NCBI GenBank assembly: GCA_050084515.1
Contig: CM114271.1
Span: 39,928,001 to 39,992,000, forward strand
DNA length: 64,000 bases
From: Blasia pusilla
Lineage: Eukaryota
Reading direction: 5' to 3'
Shown: positions 1-14,035 of the stretch, piece after piece
How positions within the stretch are numbered: position 1 is the first letter of the stretch
How the letters are laid out: the number at the start of each line of letters is the position of its first letter
Made by a program: the position numbers and the translations under genes
The notes under the pieces: model-generated
Told to the model about the DNA's origin: nothing
What the model saw: only the letters and a program-made list of their open reading frames with translations
Database searches by the model: none

Positions 1-173
1 ATTCCACGCTACAGTGAACATTCAATCCTACTGTCACCTGTCATTGCATTTCATTGTGAGCATCGAAGAAATATTCATATCACAATATATTTTACATCAG
101 AGCCAATTGCGGCCTAAACTCTGAAACTAAGCAACATGCTACAGAGTCTCAAGCAGTCTTGATATCCGCAGCG

Positions 174-3100
174 TCATCTTTCACATGGTTCCACAAGAGG
201 TGTAGATGCCATCCTGCAAATTATTTGCAGCGCATTCGAAACCATGCCATCAGCGAGATGGGTTGGTCCAGGTGCACCGGACCTCACGGCCCTGAAACAA
301 AGGTCTGCTAATCTATCCAGCTAACCTACAACCCCCCAGCTTCTCAGAATTCGAGAAATGGGTAAAGCTGTGCTGCTTTTAGAGACTCGAACAAGAGATT
401 CTAAATCGGATTTCAAGGAATAAGTTTAATGAGAAAATTACATCAGATGCGATTGTTCAAATGCACCCCAGATCTCGGCAATCTCTTCCTGAGAAAGGGC
501 AACAGAATTTGTGTGAGGAAGAGATCTCTGGGGAGTGGAAGTAGCCGAGGCTACTGGAGTGGTGCCAGTTGATCTCTTGGGAGTTGCAGGCAGAGAGGAG
601 GCGGGAGTGGTTGGAAGGGAACCGCGAATCTTTTGCAAAAGTGATCTGCCAAAACTAGCCAAAGGATTAGGACTCCAGTTAGCAGTTGGACTAACTTTCT
701 TGTGGTCTTCCTTGTCGATGGAGTCGAGCAAAAACTGAAAATCTTCCAAAGAAAGGGATGAGGCCTCTGGATAACTATCGGGATCCCTGAACAGCTTAGT
801 CGAGCATACGAGAGAAGTTCTCTTGTCTGGCGTCGTGCTGGAAATAGAAAAAGGATAGGAAGCCCTCCTACCCAGAGCCACCTGTCCGGCGTCCTCTTTC
901 TCTCCTACAACCGAGATCAAGTCTTCAGTAGCCGGTACTTCCGAGGCCTGCATCGAGTATTCAAGGATGCCATATCAATCTCCAGCGAATATCTCAGAGT
1001 TGAAAGGGAATATCACCACTTCCAATCAGGAATTGTAAGGTGGAAATTCTGATCCTAGCAAAGCTCACTTGTGGAAATTACTACAGGCAAGAAAAACGAG
1101 AGCCGAACTATCGAGCTCCAGCCACCAGTCGATCACCTTACAGTTGATCTTCGAAATCAAGGGGGAGGAGATGGAAACCTGAACAGTTCCAAGCTCGATC
1201 GATCACCTTCCACTCGAGGAGCTTCGAGTTTCCTTCTAAACTCCACCCGCAAGAAGTATCCAATATCAGATACCTCTAAACAAAAATCCACTTTTTTGCA
1301 TGATCAACCTAAGATAACTCTAGGAATCGGAAGCCTGAAGACGACACTTAGGCCGGCTTCTCGTAATGGTTTGACAAACTGGGTACTTCCTTGTGATCAA
1401 AATTCACGACTAGAGGAAGTCAATCTCGAGAATGTATGTCAGCAGAAAGGAAAACTTCATGGACATATACCTGGGGTGAACTTTTCGATGATGGAAGACT
1501 TGGACTGACTTTCGGCTCGTCAAAACTTCGTTGATGTTGCACTTGAGAGCACATCTCTGTAGCTCGAGAGGTATCTGAAACTTGTGAGGGCAGAGAAGTG
1601 CCACAGCTTATTCCGGATTGAACATTTTGGGCACCGTTGCAGTCACCGGCCATAGAGAGGTCACCGGTTTCCGCGGTCGCCTCATTCCAATTATTCTCGA
1701 TTGAAACACCAGCATCCTTCTCATCGAACTTTGAAGACTTATCGACGTAAGATAGCTCACTTGGCTGCGCATCTCCGCGTGGAGACTTCAGGTTGCCGCT
1801 GAACAGTTCAGTCAATTCGGAACCGACAATTTGCAACCCTTCCACCCCGTGTCCACTCATGCGGCGAACATCAGACGTCACCAGTAGAGTTTCTAACTCG
1901 AAAAAGCGGGCGAACGAGCTGCCTGATATGAACTCCTTCTGTCCAGGAAAAGGGTGCGAATCAAGTTGTGACAGGGAATACTTCGCAGCGTTGTCGGAAC
2001 CGGCACCGCCCTCTGGCCCAAAATTCAGCACCACCTTCTTAGAAACCTGTAGAAATGCTTTCACGTCTTCAGCAATGTCATTATCTAGCACGGCAGCCTC
2101 CCTTTCGTTGACTTGAGTATCGCAAAGTTGATCTGACCAACTCTCCAACTCTGGAGTCTGCAAATCAATTGACAGGCCACCCTCGGCCAGGCTTTTCACC
2201 TTCTTGGCCGAGGGTGGGTAGTCCTTCGGAGACAGAATGTCTTCTGATACAGTGGACTTTCTTTTCAATTCCGGAACCATGTCTGCAGGACAAATTCCAT
2301 TCAGTATCTTCTCGCTGATGAGCCCATCTCGAGAGTTACGGAGTCCGTCACAGGAGGCGGATACCTGTAAGAATCCACTGTCCAGGACAGCCTCCGTTGA
2401 TAGAGCGAGTTTGGATATGGCAACGGGCAACCCCGCTTCCATGAAGGTCTTGGCGGGCGGTGTCTTACTTCCAGACCGTCGCTCCTCTTCCTCTTCGAAC
2501 AAGGCGTTATTGTAAAGAGCATTCGCCTTCCAGTAGGCGTCCTCTCCTTCCTGAGGCGCGCGATCGATGGGTAACCTGGTCCTCACTGACCGTACTGTAG
2601 TCGGTGTTTCAATATGGACTTCGTCATCCTCAGAGTGATCAAATGAATCTGTAAACGCTTTAACAGAACTATCTCGGGCTTTCTCAGGAGAGATCAACGA
2701 AACGAAGGATTCATCATCACTTTCTTCAGTATCTATGTGAGATGCTTTGGGCTCAGGCAACTCAACGCGCGGTTCTGGAGACTTCTGTTGGACTGCATTG
2801 GCCATCGATACAACTTCTTCCACTAACAGTGTTGAATCAGGATCGGCTATCGCGGAGAGAATAGACTGCAGAGAACTTCCCATAGAACCGACGGATGATT
2901 TAGGCGAAGATGGCGCATGGGAAGTGCTTTCAACATCAGGTAAATGAGGTGGATTTTCTGCTGTAGAATCGAGTGATTGGACGAGCCGACTAGATGGTGA
3001 TTTCATTGGAGGTGGGGAAGCATCGAGGGCTTGGAACTCCTTCTCGGTAAGGGAAGGTCTTAAGGGCCGCCGAGGAGAGACCCTTCTGGGCAACATGTCT

Positions 3101-3843
3101 TCGACATCAACGTTTTCACACGCCTCCCTCCTCGGGCCCCTGACGCCCTTTGAGGTTACAGGTACCGGAAGAACATTCTGGTTTGTCTCCGTCAGAACTC
3201 CTCTACCCTGACCACCCACGACAATTGAAAATCACATCAACGTATGCGCCATCACGTGCAAGAGACAGATCCAGGTAGAAAACATATGAGCAGCACAATG
3301 AGATGAGTTTGGATAAACTGAAAGCAGTCAGACGGAATACGAGACTAGAGAAAAGCCGAAAAGTCTTCTCAGACGCTGGTTGTGGCATTTCGGGAGGAGG
3401 AGAGGAATTACCTTGAACGGAGTGGTAGGCTTTGCGCCAACATTCTCGATATCCTGCTGTGGCAAACTGACCGAAACTTTGCAGTCGTTGCTCTTCTTAG
3501 GAGCTGCAGACAGTTTGGGCCTTTCGGTGAAAATGGTTGTGGATAGAAGAGTCCTGTTCATGTCTTTCGAATCCCTGCTCAGTCTAGTATTGGACGTCAC
3601 AGGCTGCGTGAGGGAAAGACTATAAGATCGGCTCTGGGGCCTGTTCACCAGTACTTGACTCTCGCACACCACTGGTTTCTCTTCCTCGGAAGGTGGCATA
3701 TCTTCATACTTCACCCACCGTGTCTGATGCGAATTGCTGAGCCGACCCAGGGCAAAGCCGACACCGTCATCCGTTCTCACAGGAGAGCTAATGTGCTGAA
3801 TGATGGCATCCTGCCCGCTCTCCTTGCTCATACACTTCCCCAT
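174..3843 (-). CDS. Multi-exon gene for a large Ser/Pro/acidic low-complexity protein of unknown function, predicted N-myristoylated and palmitoylated
   Basis: Exon 1 (3412-3843) starts MGKCMSK. A GT..AG intron (3208-3411) joins it in frame (PFK|GRG) to exon 2 (1471-3207; donor CAG|GTATAT). A further exon lies at ~441-948 and a likely last exon ends in TGA at 174-176. Exon structure between ~950 and 1470 is unresolved. Confidence 0.65.
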
Positions 3844-4695
3844 TTCGCACTCTGCTCACTCCCTCTACTTCTGTCCGGAACCAATTCAAACCACAACCGC
3901 TAGATCTATACAAACATTCCTATGCTTGCGAGCTGAAGCGGTAATAGATCCCTCAACTCCCTGGCAACCACAGCAAGGCAAATGCAGTTCTCGCAAGTGG
4001 GAAACAACCGCATACTTGCTTCGCTCTTCCACTCCTCTTCCTCCCTTCCGCCTCAGTGAACACACGACTACTCTGCCCTATCCTACACCAGTCGGGAAGT
4101 GGTGATAACCTGTTTCTCAAGAGGAACCCACAACTTCAAACGTCAGAGCCAACGGCCCAAAGAGGCTTCCGCGTCGAGGCATTCACATGTCAATCACCGG
4201 GATTGGAATTTGAATCACGAATAAAGCACCCCAACACCCTACCTTGTCCTCTTCCGATCCCACTCGGTAGACGTCAAAGTACATGAGACAGTAGATTCCA
4301 ACTGCAGCACAGGCTCGTGAAGAAGAATTCATTCAGCAAAGAGACGTTGAGGAAGTTGGAGTCATGTCCTCTCCCGGACTCCCACGCTCTGTCGATGCCA
4401 AACCAAAAGAGAGGGAGCGCTTGAATCCGGGGCTGGCGGGAGAATTTTCAAAATCGGCCCCAAATCGTAGTTAATGCTAATCAGGTTATTAAATTACAGT
4501 ACGGGAATTCGTTAGGTCTCTCAGGTGGGTCCCCCCACTCTTTCTCGCCTTGTCAGTTCCATACAAGAACGCTCGTTATCGTTGTCGTATCTTCTGATGA
4601 GGTAGGTTCTTTTATCCAAAGTTATCTCTTGCTATAGTGAAAGGACGAAACTACAGTCCACGGATATATCAGAGCTTCCGGTTATGCTAAAGGTT

Positions 4696-4856
4696 TTTTC
4701 ACAGCATCTCTGGTCGAGATTACTCCCCCACCATCATTGTTTTGCGGTCACCCTCTCCACTGAGAACGGAGGCTTTTCACAGCATCTCGGGTCGAGATTA
4801 CTCCCCCTCCTGCCCCATCATTGTTTTGTGGTCACCCTCTCCACTGAGAACGGAGG
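4696..4856. repeat. Two-copy tandem duplication of ~80 bp
   Basis: ttttcacagcatctc...ccactgagaacggagg occurs at 4696 and 4774 with few differences. Confidence 0.9.
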
Positions 4857-6929
4857 TTGTTAACTAGAATGTAACTATTCCTGACATGGAATTTAGCATT
4901 TTTCGCTCAACGCGGAAGTTAATTATGACATCAACCGGTGAAATGAAAAAGGTTTTTTTCTTTAACAAAGGACCCCACTATAACATCGAGCTGGTGCCCG
5001 TGGGAGATTGAACCACATGGAAATCTTTTTTATATCATCTAACGATTCCTTATACACTACATTGTGCTCCTTATTTAAAAGTTTATTTGAAAGTTCATAA
5101 GATAATGAGTATGCGACGCCCGGTTGACGGGAAATGGTGAAAATGGAGTCGATGGAAATCCGGGAAGGGAGTACAAGGTATGGTTTAGGGTGCCTCTGCA
5201 GAAGTTGGACAAATACTAACACTATGCAAATGCTTTTAGTTTACTTCACATCAAATCACGAACCAGGTTAAGATCACACGAACCATGCTAAGCTCTCATT
5301 AATTTCTCACGGATTAAATTATATATCTCCATACAAAATTCTCATCTCATGGTGGATAGGATCACATGTGATACCCACAATTTTGTATTTTTGAAGAATT
5401 ACATCTTTTTATTCAACGAAGACTTGTATATACACTATGATTTTGATATTATGGTTATTATTATATATTATGGAGAAGAATGAGTAAGATTAAAGTGAAT
5501 CACGAAGCTCCAATGACAAGGCAGAGAGATAGAAAATCAAGGATTTGCCTGAGAGGAGAGGAGAATAAAATAACGAAGTCTAAAGACCCATCAAGAAGCT
5601 TCGAAAAGACAACGGAGATCTGTTAAGAACTTGTCTATGAAGTGCTTCGCTCCTGAACGAATCATGAAGAAGAAGAAGAAGAAGAAGAAGAGAAAGAAGC
5701 ACTTCGCTCTTGAACGAAGCACGAAGAACGAAGCACCTGGAACAAGAACAAAGAATAGAGCACTTCGTCTTCAGATTAGGAGAAAGAGCTTTGTCCTCAA
5801 GCTAAGCAAAAGAGGTCCAGACTTAGCAGCGAAGCGAAGCTAAGATTAACAGTGATTTCAAGGGACACATAGTTAGAACACTTAGAATAGGAAAATGCGC
5901 AACTCTTTGTATCCGATAAATAGTTAAGACAGTTTTGTTATGCGGATTCATGGGGATCTTAGGAAAAGAGAAGAACACCATAGATCTAGATAGTTACAAA
6001 TGTTGAAGAGACACCAGCTTCATCAAGGACGCTTCAAATCTTTGGATCACTCATACTTCAGAGAGTATTTAAGAAACATGAAAGTAGCCATCATCATTGT
6101 TGTCTTACACAGTCCTCTTGTTGTAGGAATGGTCCGAGCAAGGGAGTAATACCCTCTCGAGCTTGTATACACTTTTGAAGCTTTCTCATTCTTGATGGAA
6201 TAGTAAAGCAATCATTCATTCATTCTGATGTGCGATGCTTATGTCTGAGTATTCTTTTTGGGTCTGTAGAGTGAAGAGTGAATCAGGCGAACCTTTCTCA
6301 TCAATGGAATAATCAACATGGAATTGTAGGAAATCTGTTTGACAGAGAGTATGCCTGCCGAGACAGATTGAGTTTCGAAAGTAGGAGAAGCCAGCTTTCA
6401 TGTTGAGGTCTCTGTGAGGTTTCTTTATATCGACAGGAAATCTACCTGAGCGTGCTATCAACTCCACTAGAGAGAATTGAGAAAAGAAACTTTGGTCCTA
6501 AAAAAGATCTGAAGATATTGATAAGATGTTGAATCTAAATTATTCAACCTAAATACAACTATTACAATAGAGTTGTAATTTCGAACTCTCTTTTCATCAA
6601 AAAATTATCCTCTTGGGGATCAAACTCAGTAAACAACTGTAAAATTGAAACTCTTATACATTACATCACACAAGCCAAAAGTGATGTGCTCAATAGCTTG
6701 CACGTCCAAGACAAAGAAAAATGAGGCTTATATGTAAGGGTTGTAACTATTGTAAATTAGTGATACACCGGTTAAATTATCTTCCATATTTAATTCTCGA
6801 AATTTTTAAATCTCATTTAAAATCAAAATAAGTCGTTGTACATACCATTGATAGTCCCTAGGCAAACAAGTGTACCCATTGGTAGGATCGATATCTCAAC
6901 ATCATCGGAAGTTGGAGAGATAACTCGTA

Positions 6930-7810
6930 TATATGAAGAGGATGCATGTGTTACAAGTTTGGGAGGATGGTAGAATACGCGTAGTGTCTCGTCCTTCACA
7001 AAAAGCATGTTTGGTGCAATACACCCACGAGGAGTTGGAGTGAAGTGGACATACAACTTGCTCTAGATACATAATTAGTGGAGAGGCATACAAACTTATG
7101 TTAAACAGTTTGTTGTCAGATGCGTGGTGTGTGATCAAATCCGTGCATCGTTCAATGCTTCAACTCCCTAATTGCATCCACTTCCAATCATGTTTATTGG
7201 ATTTTTACGACCTTTATCTTTGACGGACGGCCACAATGGTTATGTGTTGGTAATGGTCGGGCACTTCTCGAAGTGGATAGATCTGGTTGCATTTTCTGAC
7301 AAAGCGAGTGAGGGAGCTTTCTTAGATTGAGTGTTGAGTCATTATCGCATATTTACTAAGGTTTTGATAAAGCTCAATATGGAGTTTCGCGGAAAGTTTC
7401 ACGCCTTGAATGATGAGGCACTAATTGACCACCATATTGTTTTGCGAGATTATCATGAGGCATATGGATTAGCGGAGAGATTTGTGTATATGATGAAGAG
7501 AGGGTTATGCAAAGATTTCTTGCAAGGAGATCACTTAGGAGATTGGGACCTATAGTCACCGTGGTTGGCGATGGGATAAAGATTCAACAAGCAAGCATCC
7601 TTAGCATCATTCTCAGTGTATTTTTTGCTTTATGGCCAAGAGCTTGATTTACTTGTGGCCATTTGTCATGATGAGAGTGAGGTGTTGAACATTGATGACC
7701 TTGATGTATTGATGTGAACATGTTCTTTGAGGGCTAAGTTATTTCGTAAAGTTATGCCTATAACGTTTGAGAATTTGGCAATTACACACGTCATGCATAT
7801 ACGTATTGCT
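6930..7810 (+). pseudogene. Degenerate Gypsy integrase fragment, same family as 35459-44734, in opposite orientation
   Basis: Fragments such as WEDGRIRVV, HEELG, YGLAERFV and GDHLGDWDL match the integrases at 36566-37700 and 42100-43080; many stops. Confidence 0.85.
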
Positions 7811-7834
7811 ATACAATATACATCACTTTTATTG

Positions 7835-8636
7835 ACTACACACACATACATACAAGATACCATACTAACTCATGACATCTAAACATCCACACAATCTAGT
7901 ACCAAAATATCTCCAATTAAATCGATAAATTCTCAAATGTCTCTCACAAAGCTACATCTCTCTCTCATATGAAACCAAACCCGTTCTTTTAATGAAATGT
8001 TCGGGTTACTCACAATGCAAGAGGAATATAGCTCGGCTGTCTCATCCCAAGAGGTTTAACAAAGAGAGAATGAGCTCTAGGGCTCTCTCTCCTTGAATAT
8101 ACTCCCTTCCCTCTCCCTTCTCTCTCTCCATGGTAATCTATGCTTGCAGGTCACCTTCCTAGGCTCTTGACCTACTATAGGGAGTAAAGCGCAGCTACCC
8201 AAAGTGGAAAAGCAACTTCATTCATAACAAAAACTCACCCGAAAAAAAAATATATATATATAGGTTGATCTTTGATCTCCTGAGGTTGTCCTCCAATATC
8301 CTTGGAGGCGCTCTACTATAAACTCGTAGATCCAACTAAAAAGACATCACAACTATCGTGGGCATACACATTGTTACAAAACATATATCGTTGTCACAAA
8401 CTACACTCACAAACATATAAGATACCATACTTACTCATGGTATCTGAACATCAAGTTGATTTAGTACCAATCCAATCCCCTAGCTAGTGGTTAGGTCCCT
8501 CTAACTCCAGATAGCCATCTATCCCTACCTATCGTGACACGCATCTCTAAAACACTAAGAGCAAAAAGGTCGGGTGCTCATCTGGCCTCATCATTAGTCG
8601 CCTTCTTGTCATCCATATCACAAACACAAGTTTGGA
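7835..8636 (-). mobile_element. Diverged LTR plus adjacent 3' internal sequence of the DNMT/PHD Gypsy family
   Basis: Colinear with ~35490-36405 (caagaggttt/caacaaagagagaatgagctc; cattagtcgccttcttgtcatccatatcac). Confidence 0.8.
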
Positions 8637-9149
8637 TTTATAAAAAAATGTAGCAGTTCTCTACATACATCCAACTATATTATACTCTCATGGACCATAT
8701 TTTTTATTTCCATTCACCTTTTTCAATTTTGGTCGATATATGAAATCCGTAAAATCCACTATAAGGATATTATCGTATTTCTTATACTCGACTTGCTTGG
8801 AAACTTAATTTCCATAAGAGATCATCTAGTTTGGTTCACGAAGTTTCACTCATTACATCAATGGGATAATTCTTTTACACTACTTTATTGCATAATGTTA
8901 CCTTCAAATTTGAGACAATGTTACTTAGTGTCTTGTCTCTGCAATGATCTTATCTCCATAAATGCATTTTTGGGGCATATTTACAAACCAAACCCATTCT
9001 AGGTGAGATCAAAAGGAATGCAATCGCTAATATGTGGAGTGAATATGCTTGAGAGATCTTATCCAAAACTTTAGACCTGGTTTCTCCTCACCTATAGTTC
9101 AACATCTCTCGTGAAATATACTCCACGCAAATGAGCCAGAGCATGCATG

Positions 9150-10680
9150 CTAATAGTGAAAATTTTATGTCCACTACAAGTGGCATATCTATTGATATCC
9201 TCAATATAGAGCAGTTGCATCTTTTCCATAAACTTACAGATCTCAATATTGTGACTTCATTATTAACTACCACAGCAAGCATTGATGTTGTTCACTTGCA
9301 TGTAAGTGCTATAATTGTTCATTCAGCGTTTCCAATTCCAATTAAGGGTAATCTACCATCAATGCACATTGATCCGTATATGTGCCTCAAGGAAGCCAAA
9401 GTCATAGTTATAGACGAGTGTTCCATGTCAACACCCCGCCGACTGCAGATTGTTGCCATGAGGTTCCACTAGGTATCTTCATGGACAAACTTAGATCCAT
9501 TCTTAAAGAAACTCCTTGTGTTGGTAGGTGATCTCTCTCAACTCCTCCCAATATGCCGTAATAAATCATCTCCACTTTGCTTACTCTACCACATTTCATC
9601 GTTACTACACTACTAAGAACAAATATCATCTATCTAGAATAATGATACATAGTTGTGATCCTCTTTGTTTGAGTTTCTTATCCCACGTCAAACACACAAG
9701 GCCAAACCTAGATGATATAGACTCTTATTTAGGGCAATGCCTTCTTGATAAAGATAGTGCCGTAAACTTTTTGGATGAGAATATACAAATTATTTGTTCT
9801 CATCGTTCTGACGTATAGCTCTTTAAACTCATTTCATTGCAAAGAGTATATGGCCATGGTGAGATTCTTCTTGTCCATATCTCAATTGATGCACCCATGG
9901 AGCCACAATTCCACCATTGGATTAACGACAACGATTTGAATCAACTAAAATTTCCCGCTATTGGTTGCAGGGTGCTATTGAATTCAAACATCGACATGAG
10001 TAACGAGGTAGTGAATGGTGTCTTTATATAGTTTTTTAATATATCTATGATACCAGACACATAACAACTATCGTTGGTAAGCTCAATTCCAATAGCAAGA
10101 TCATTTGTATAATATGAACAAATTTCTCTACCTCGCGATGCGGCCCAAACCAGAAGGACCAGAATAGAGCATTCCCTACCATTCTTGGCTATGCAATGAC
10201 AAGCCATAAGAGTCAAGGCCTCACCATCGGGGGGAAAATGTTTTGGTAACAGAATTGGCTTTTGCATCTGGTCATATATGTAGAAAACTGCTAAAGAAGC
10301 ATAATTGGTGGGAAACGGCTCTCACACTCTCACACCACCATGGAGAATACAATTTTGCAAAGAGAGAATGAGTGGAGGCTGATCCTCTTCTCAATTATAT
10401 AGGGTATGTACAAGCAACCCTAACCCTAATCTTAACATAGTCTCGATTTAGATTAATTGTGATTAACTAACCCTAGTTAAGCTAATCACAGTTAACTGAC
10501 TAATTAAGATTAAGCCTCCCTATTTCGTGTTAGTACCAAATGTAGCAGTTCAAGTGTCTCAAGAGCATTACTGTAACTCAATCTTCAATATTATATGTGT
10601 TATGCTCTCAAGAGTTAAGGGTACATCCCAATCATGCATCCTTGGGTCCTTATGGCCATCAGATTTTGATGTATTTCCCC
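9150..10680 (+). pseudogene. Degenerate PIF1-family helicase, probably Helitron-derived
   Basis: Motifs VIVIDECSM (Walker B), VGDLSQLLP, IGCRVLLNSNID, YAMTSHKSQGLT and FASGHI..VMLSRV, the last split by an insertion. Frameshifted. Confidence 0.8.
10279..10590. mobile_element. Probable solo LTR (~312 bp) inserted in the last helicase motif
   Basis: Starts TGTAG, ends CAATA (decayed CA), flanked by ATATA/TTATA. Removing it rejoins the G-H-I / V-M-L-S-R-V motif. Confidence 0.65.
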
Positions 10681-11244
10681 AAACATGATTTTCTCTACAT
10701 TCACTTTATTTCTTGATTAAGTACAATGAATATTTTTCACTAGTATGGTGACTAGCTACGAATCAACAAGGGGTTGTGGAAGGAAGTCTCTTGCATCAGC
10801 CTCACAAATTCCAAGTGTAGAGAAGCTAACGTCCCCCGCAATACCTCTATGACACTCCAAATTTGTTTTGAGTGACAGCACCTCGACCAATCACCAACAT
10901 TCTCTACATATACCATAGGTGTTGCCAAGTCGACATGAACAACATGATCAACAAACCACTAAATTTTGTGCAAGACACTAGTTTGTTGTTACATAACATA
11001 TCTATGTTTCCTGTTACTAACTGCAATATTGCCAGATACTAAAGTTATGCGTACACTTTTCCAAGATGATTTTGAATGATATGCTCGAGCTACCTCACAA
11101 TATTTGTCATAAGATTAATTCAGCCAACTGATGCATAGTTGAGGTGTGCTAATAGCCTAGGCCTAGATCAATTGTACTATGGAGGTGATGTGTCCATCCA
11201 ACAAATGAGCCGACTCATTGATCAAAGGAAAGCTTGGGCAACGT

Positions 11245-13199
11245 TGTCGCAACCCTCATAACCAAACAACACCAAATAGGCGTCAAGCAGAACATCAGAA
11301 CTCAAATGGACTCACACTGCAATGTTTGCGCTTTGGAAAGGCGTTTGGTAAGGTCTCTTGGAAAATTCCAAGAGACGAAACGCAGAACAGAGTTGTGCGT
11401 TTTGTGCGTAAGTGGTTGCGACTAGGAAACTTTTGGAACACGACTAGCGTTTGGGGAATTTGACTATGTTTTGGACCATAACGTTTAGCCCCAAGATGCA
11501 TTTGGGACAAGTAAGGGCGCACTGGAAATCTTATCTTCAGACGCTTTCAACACACCAAAGATCTCAACAAACGCATAAGTACAGACTGAGATATTGGCCA
11601 AAAACAACTGTGAGAGCAACCGGGTTGAGGGCCAATTGGAGAGGCTCGGGTGTCTTTCCCTATGGTAGGGGGACCCTGAAGATCCCCATAAGTAGTAGTA
11701 AGGCAGGAGTCTTTCGAAGATGTCTTGGAGCACAAATCCCACTTTGAGCGCCAAATGGCGTCTCTGAGTGTCGCGACCCTCATGACCAAACGAGTGCCAA
11801 AGCGGAACATCGGAACATTAGCGGGCTCACGGTAAGATGGTTTGCGCGTTGGAGTAGTCTCGAAGAAGAGACAAGAGACGAGACGCAAGCGAGGCTTTGC
11901 GTTTCAGATGTTATGGTCGCAATTGAGAAACCTGGACCAAACACGGAACAAGACTTGAAAGAGTTGAGTCTAGGAAGTGGGTTGCCAAAGGAAGAATCCG
12001 GATTTGGAACGCCACTAGCGTTTGAGAGTTTCCGAATGTATTTATGGCCATAACTTTTAGCGCCAAGATGCGTTTGAATTAAACAAGGGTGCGCTGGAAG
12101 GCTTATGGAAATATGGTTCAAACGCACTAAAAATCTCTACAAACGCAATAGCAGCGGCTGAGAAACAACCCGGAAACGACTGTAAGTAGAGTCAGGTTGA
12201 GGGCCACAATGAAGGGCCCGACCCTTCTTTTCCAAAGGAGGGGGGTTATTGGAGAACCCCTGAAGTACTAGTAAGGGGGAAGGTCTCCGAGAGTGCTTGG
12301 AACTCGAACCCCACTTTGGGCGCCGTGGGGCGGCTCAAGGGCATGGAACGGATTGAGAGTTGGGGTTGGGTTCGAAAACCTTAACCAAGTCTACGGAGGC
12401 GATTTTAGACATCCCTCTTGAATTTCACCCCGTGACTCAATTACTTGGGTCTTGGATTGGAACTCGCACGAGGTCCGTTGAACAGTTGGGATCGCTAGGT
12501 GCGCAAGTGCCATTTTAGGTTCTTGGGCTAGTCAGGAAATCTGTTCCAAGTCTTGAAGGACTTGCCATGTTTTGGAAACTAGGAATTAATGAAGGTTGAG
12601 CTTGATGAGACGCCGAGTTGAGAAGTCAGTGGGTTGGAACGCTGGTTGGCCCAGAACCGACTAATGATAGTGCGTGTTTGGGTGCATATTGGTGATGAGA
12701 TCGTGTCCTACTGAACGCTTCCGCAACACTAAAGATTGACGTTCAAGGAGAGTAGGGGCGCGACACTGAGGCACGGGATGGAACGGGAGTTTGGCATTGG
12801 AACTCGAAACCCAAACCTGATCCTAGGAAGTGGACTTTGTACGCCACACTTGGATTCCAACCCGAGATTTGCTTTGTGTGAGTCTCGGCTAGGGACTTAT
12901 TAGATGTCTATAGGAAAGTTGGAATCTCCAAGCACGAAACGCTGTTTGAGGTTCCTGAACCGACTAGAAAGTTTGTCCCAAGTCTTTCGAGACTTGCCCG
13001 TATTGTAAACCGCGAAACTAGGAAGGTTGAGCTTGATGAGAGACCGAGAAAGAAATTGGAAAGTTAGCCCGTTAATTGATCCAAGACCCCACTAACCAGA
13101 GTGCGTGTTTGGATGCAAATCAGTGTTGAGAGCGTGACCTACTGAATGCACGCTTCCGCAACAACAAGATTAACATTCAAGGAGAGTAGGCGCACGACA
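11245..13199 (+). mobile_element. Solo LTR (TGTCG...CGACA) carrying a nested related solo LTR
   Basis: Termini tgtcgcaacc and gcgcacgaca. Colinear with the inverted copy at 14582-15609 once 11769-12765 is removed. Strand is relative only. Confidence 0.8.
11769..12765 (+). mobile_element. Nested solo LTR, ~1 kb
   Basis: TGTCGCG...CGCGACA termini with a perfect 5-bp target-site duplication CTGAG (11764-11768 and 12766-12770). Confidence 0.9.
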
Positions 13200-13409
13200 A
13201 AGGGCATGCAAAGAACTAAAGAATCAAACACCTACAATAGGTAATTCCTTGCCCATTCTACATTTTGAATGTCTAAGCTTTACTTCTATGAAAATATCTA
13301 TTGATGTCTGTTGAACCCATTGTTCATACACTTAAGTATTAAAAAAGAGGTAATGATGCATAGGGGGATCCCGTTCAATGAGTTAGAGTTAATCCGTCAA
13401 CAAAGAGCT

Positions 13410-13509
13410 TGTCGTGCACATATATATCGTTGTCACCAAACACACACACGATCCCATGCTAACTTATGACGTCCAAACATCGAGACAATAAATACCAAAA
13501 TATCTCCCA

Positions 13510-13556
<47 letters not shown>

Positions 13557-14035
13557 AAACCAAACCCACTTTCCTAATGTGAGGCTTGGATTACACACAT
13601 AAGGTAAGGAGGACCATAGTTCCGTCGCCTCATGCCAAGAGGTTCAACAAAGAGAGAATGAGCTCTCAAGCTTTCTCTTCTTGAGGTATACCTGCTTCTC
13701 TCTCCCAAGATCTCTCCACCGTACATAAACTATGGTCATAGATCACCTCCTTGGTTTTCAACCTATTGTAGGAGAGCAAGACCACTTCCAAAAAGTCATG
13801 TTAACTATACTCAAAACATCAACTTACCCTAAATAGTAAGTTTCTCAATATGGCTCCAAATGAGCTGAAACGAAGAGGAAGTATGTTCTTTCAGGTTACC
13901 TGTGGCCTCAGAAGGCCATCCTTGACCTCTTGATGTTGTCCTCCATAATACTTGAAGGCGTTCTTCTAGATCTTACCGATCTAATCTAAAAGACATGATG
14001 TCATGCAAATACACATCACTGCCAATATACATCGG
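13410..14035 (-). mobile_element. LTR copy of the DNMT/PHD Gypsy family, containing a (CT)n microsatellite at ~13514-13552
   Basis: Starts tgtcgtgc; colinear with 35459-36130 (gatcccatgctaac, gccaagaggttcaacaaagagagaatgagctctcaag). Confidence 0.8.

Noticed and set aside
535-3903. Several plus-strand ORFs over the first gene
   Set aside because: Antisense to the spliced minus-strand gene, with no recognisable motifs.
5400-6600. Possible LTR-like segment with a (GAA)n run and a poly-Lys ORF
   Set aside because: No termini, TSD or second copy identified; the Lys run is just the microsatellite.
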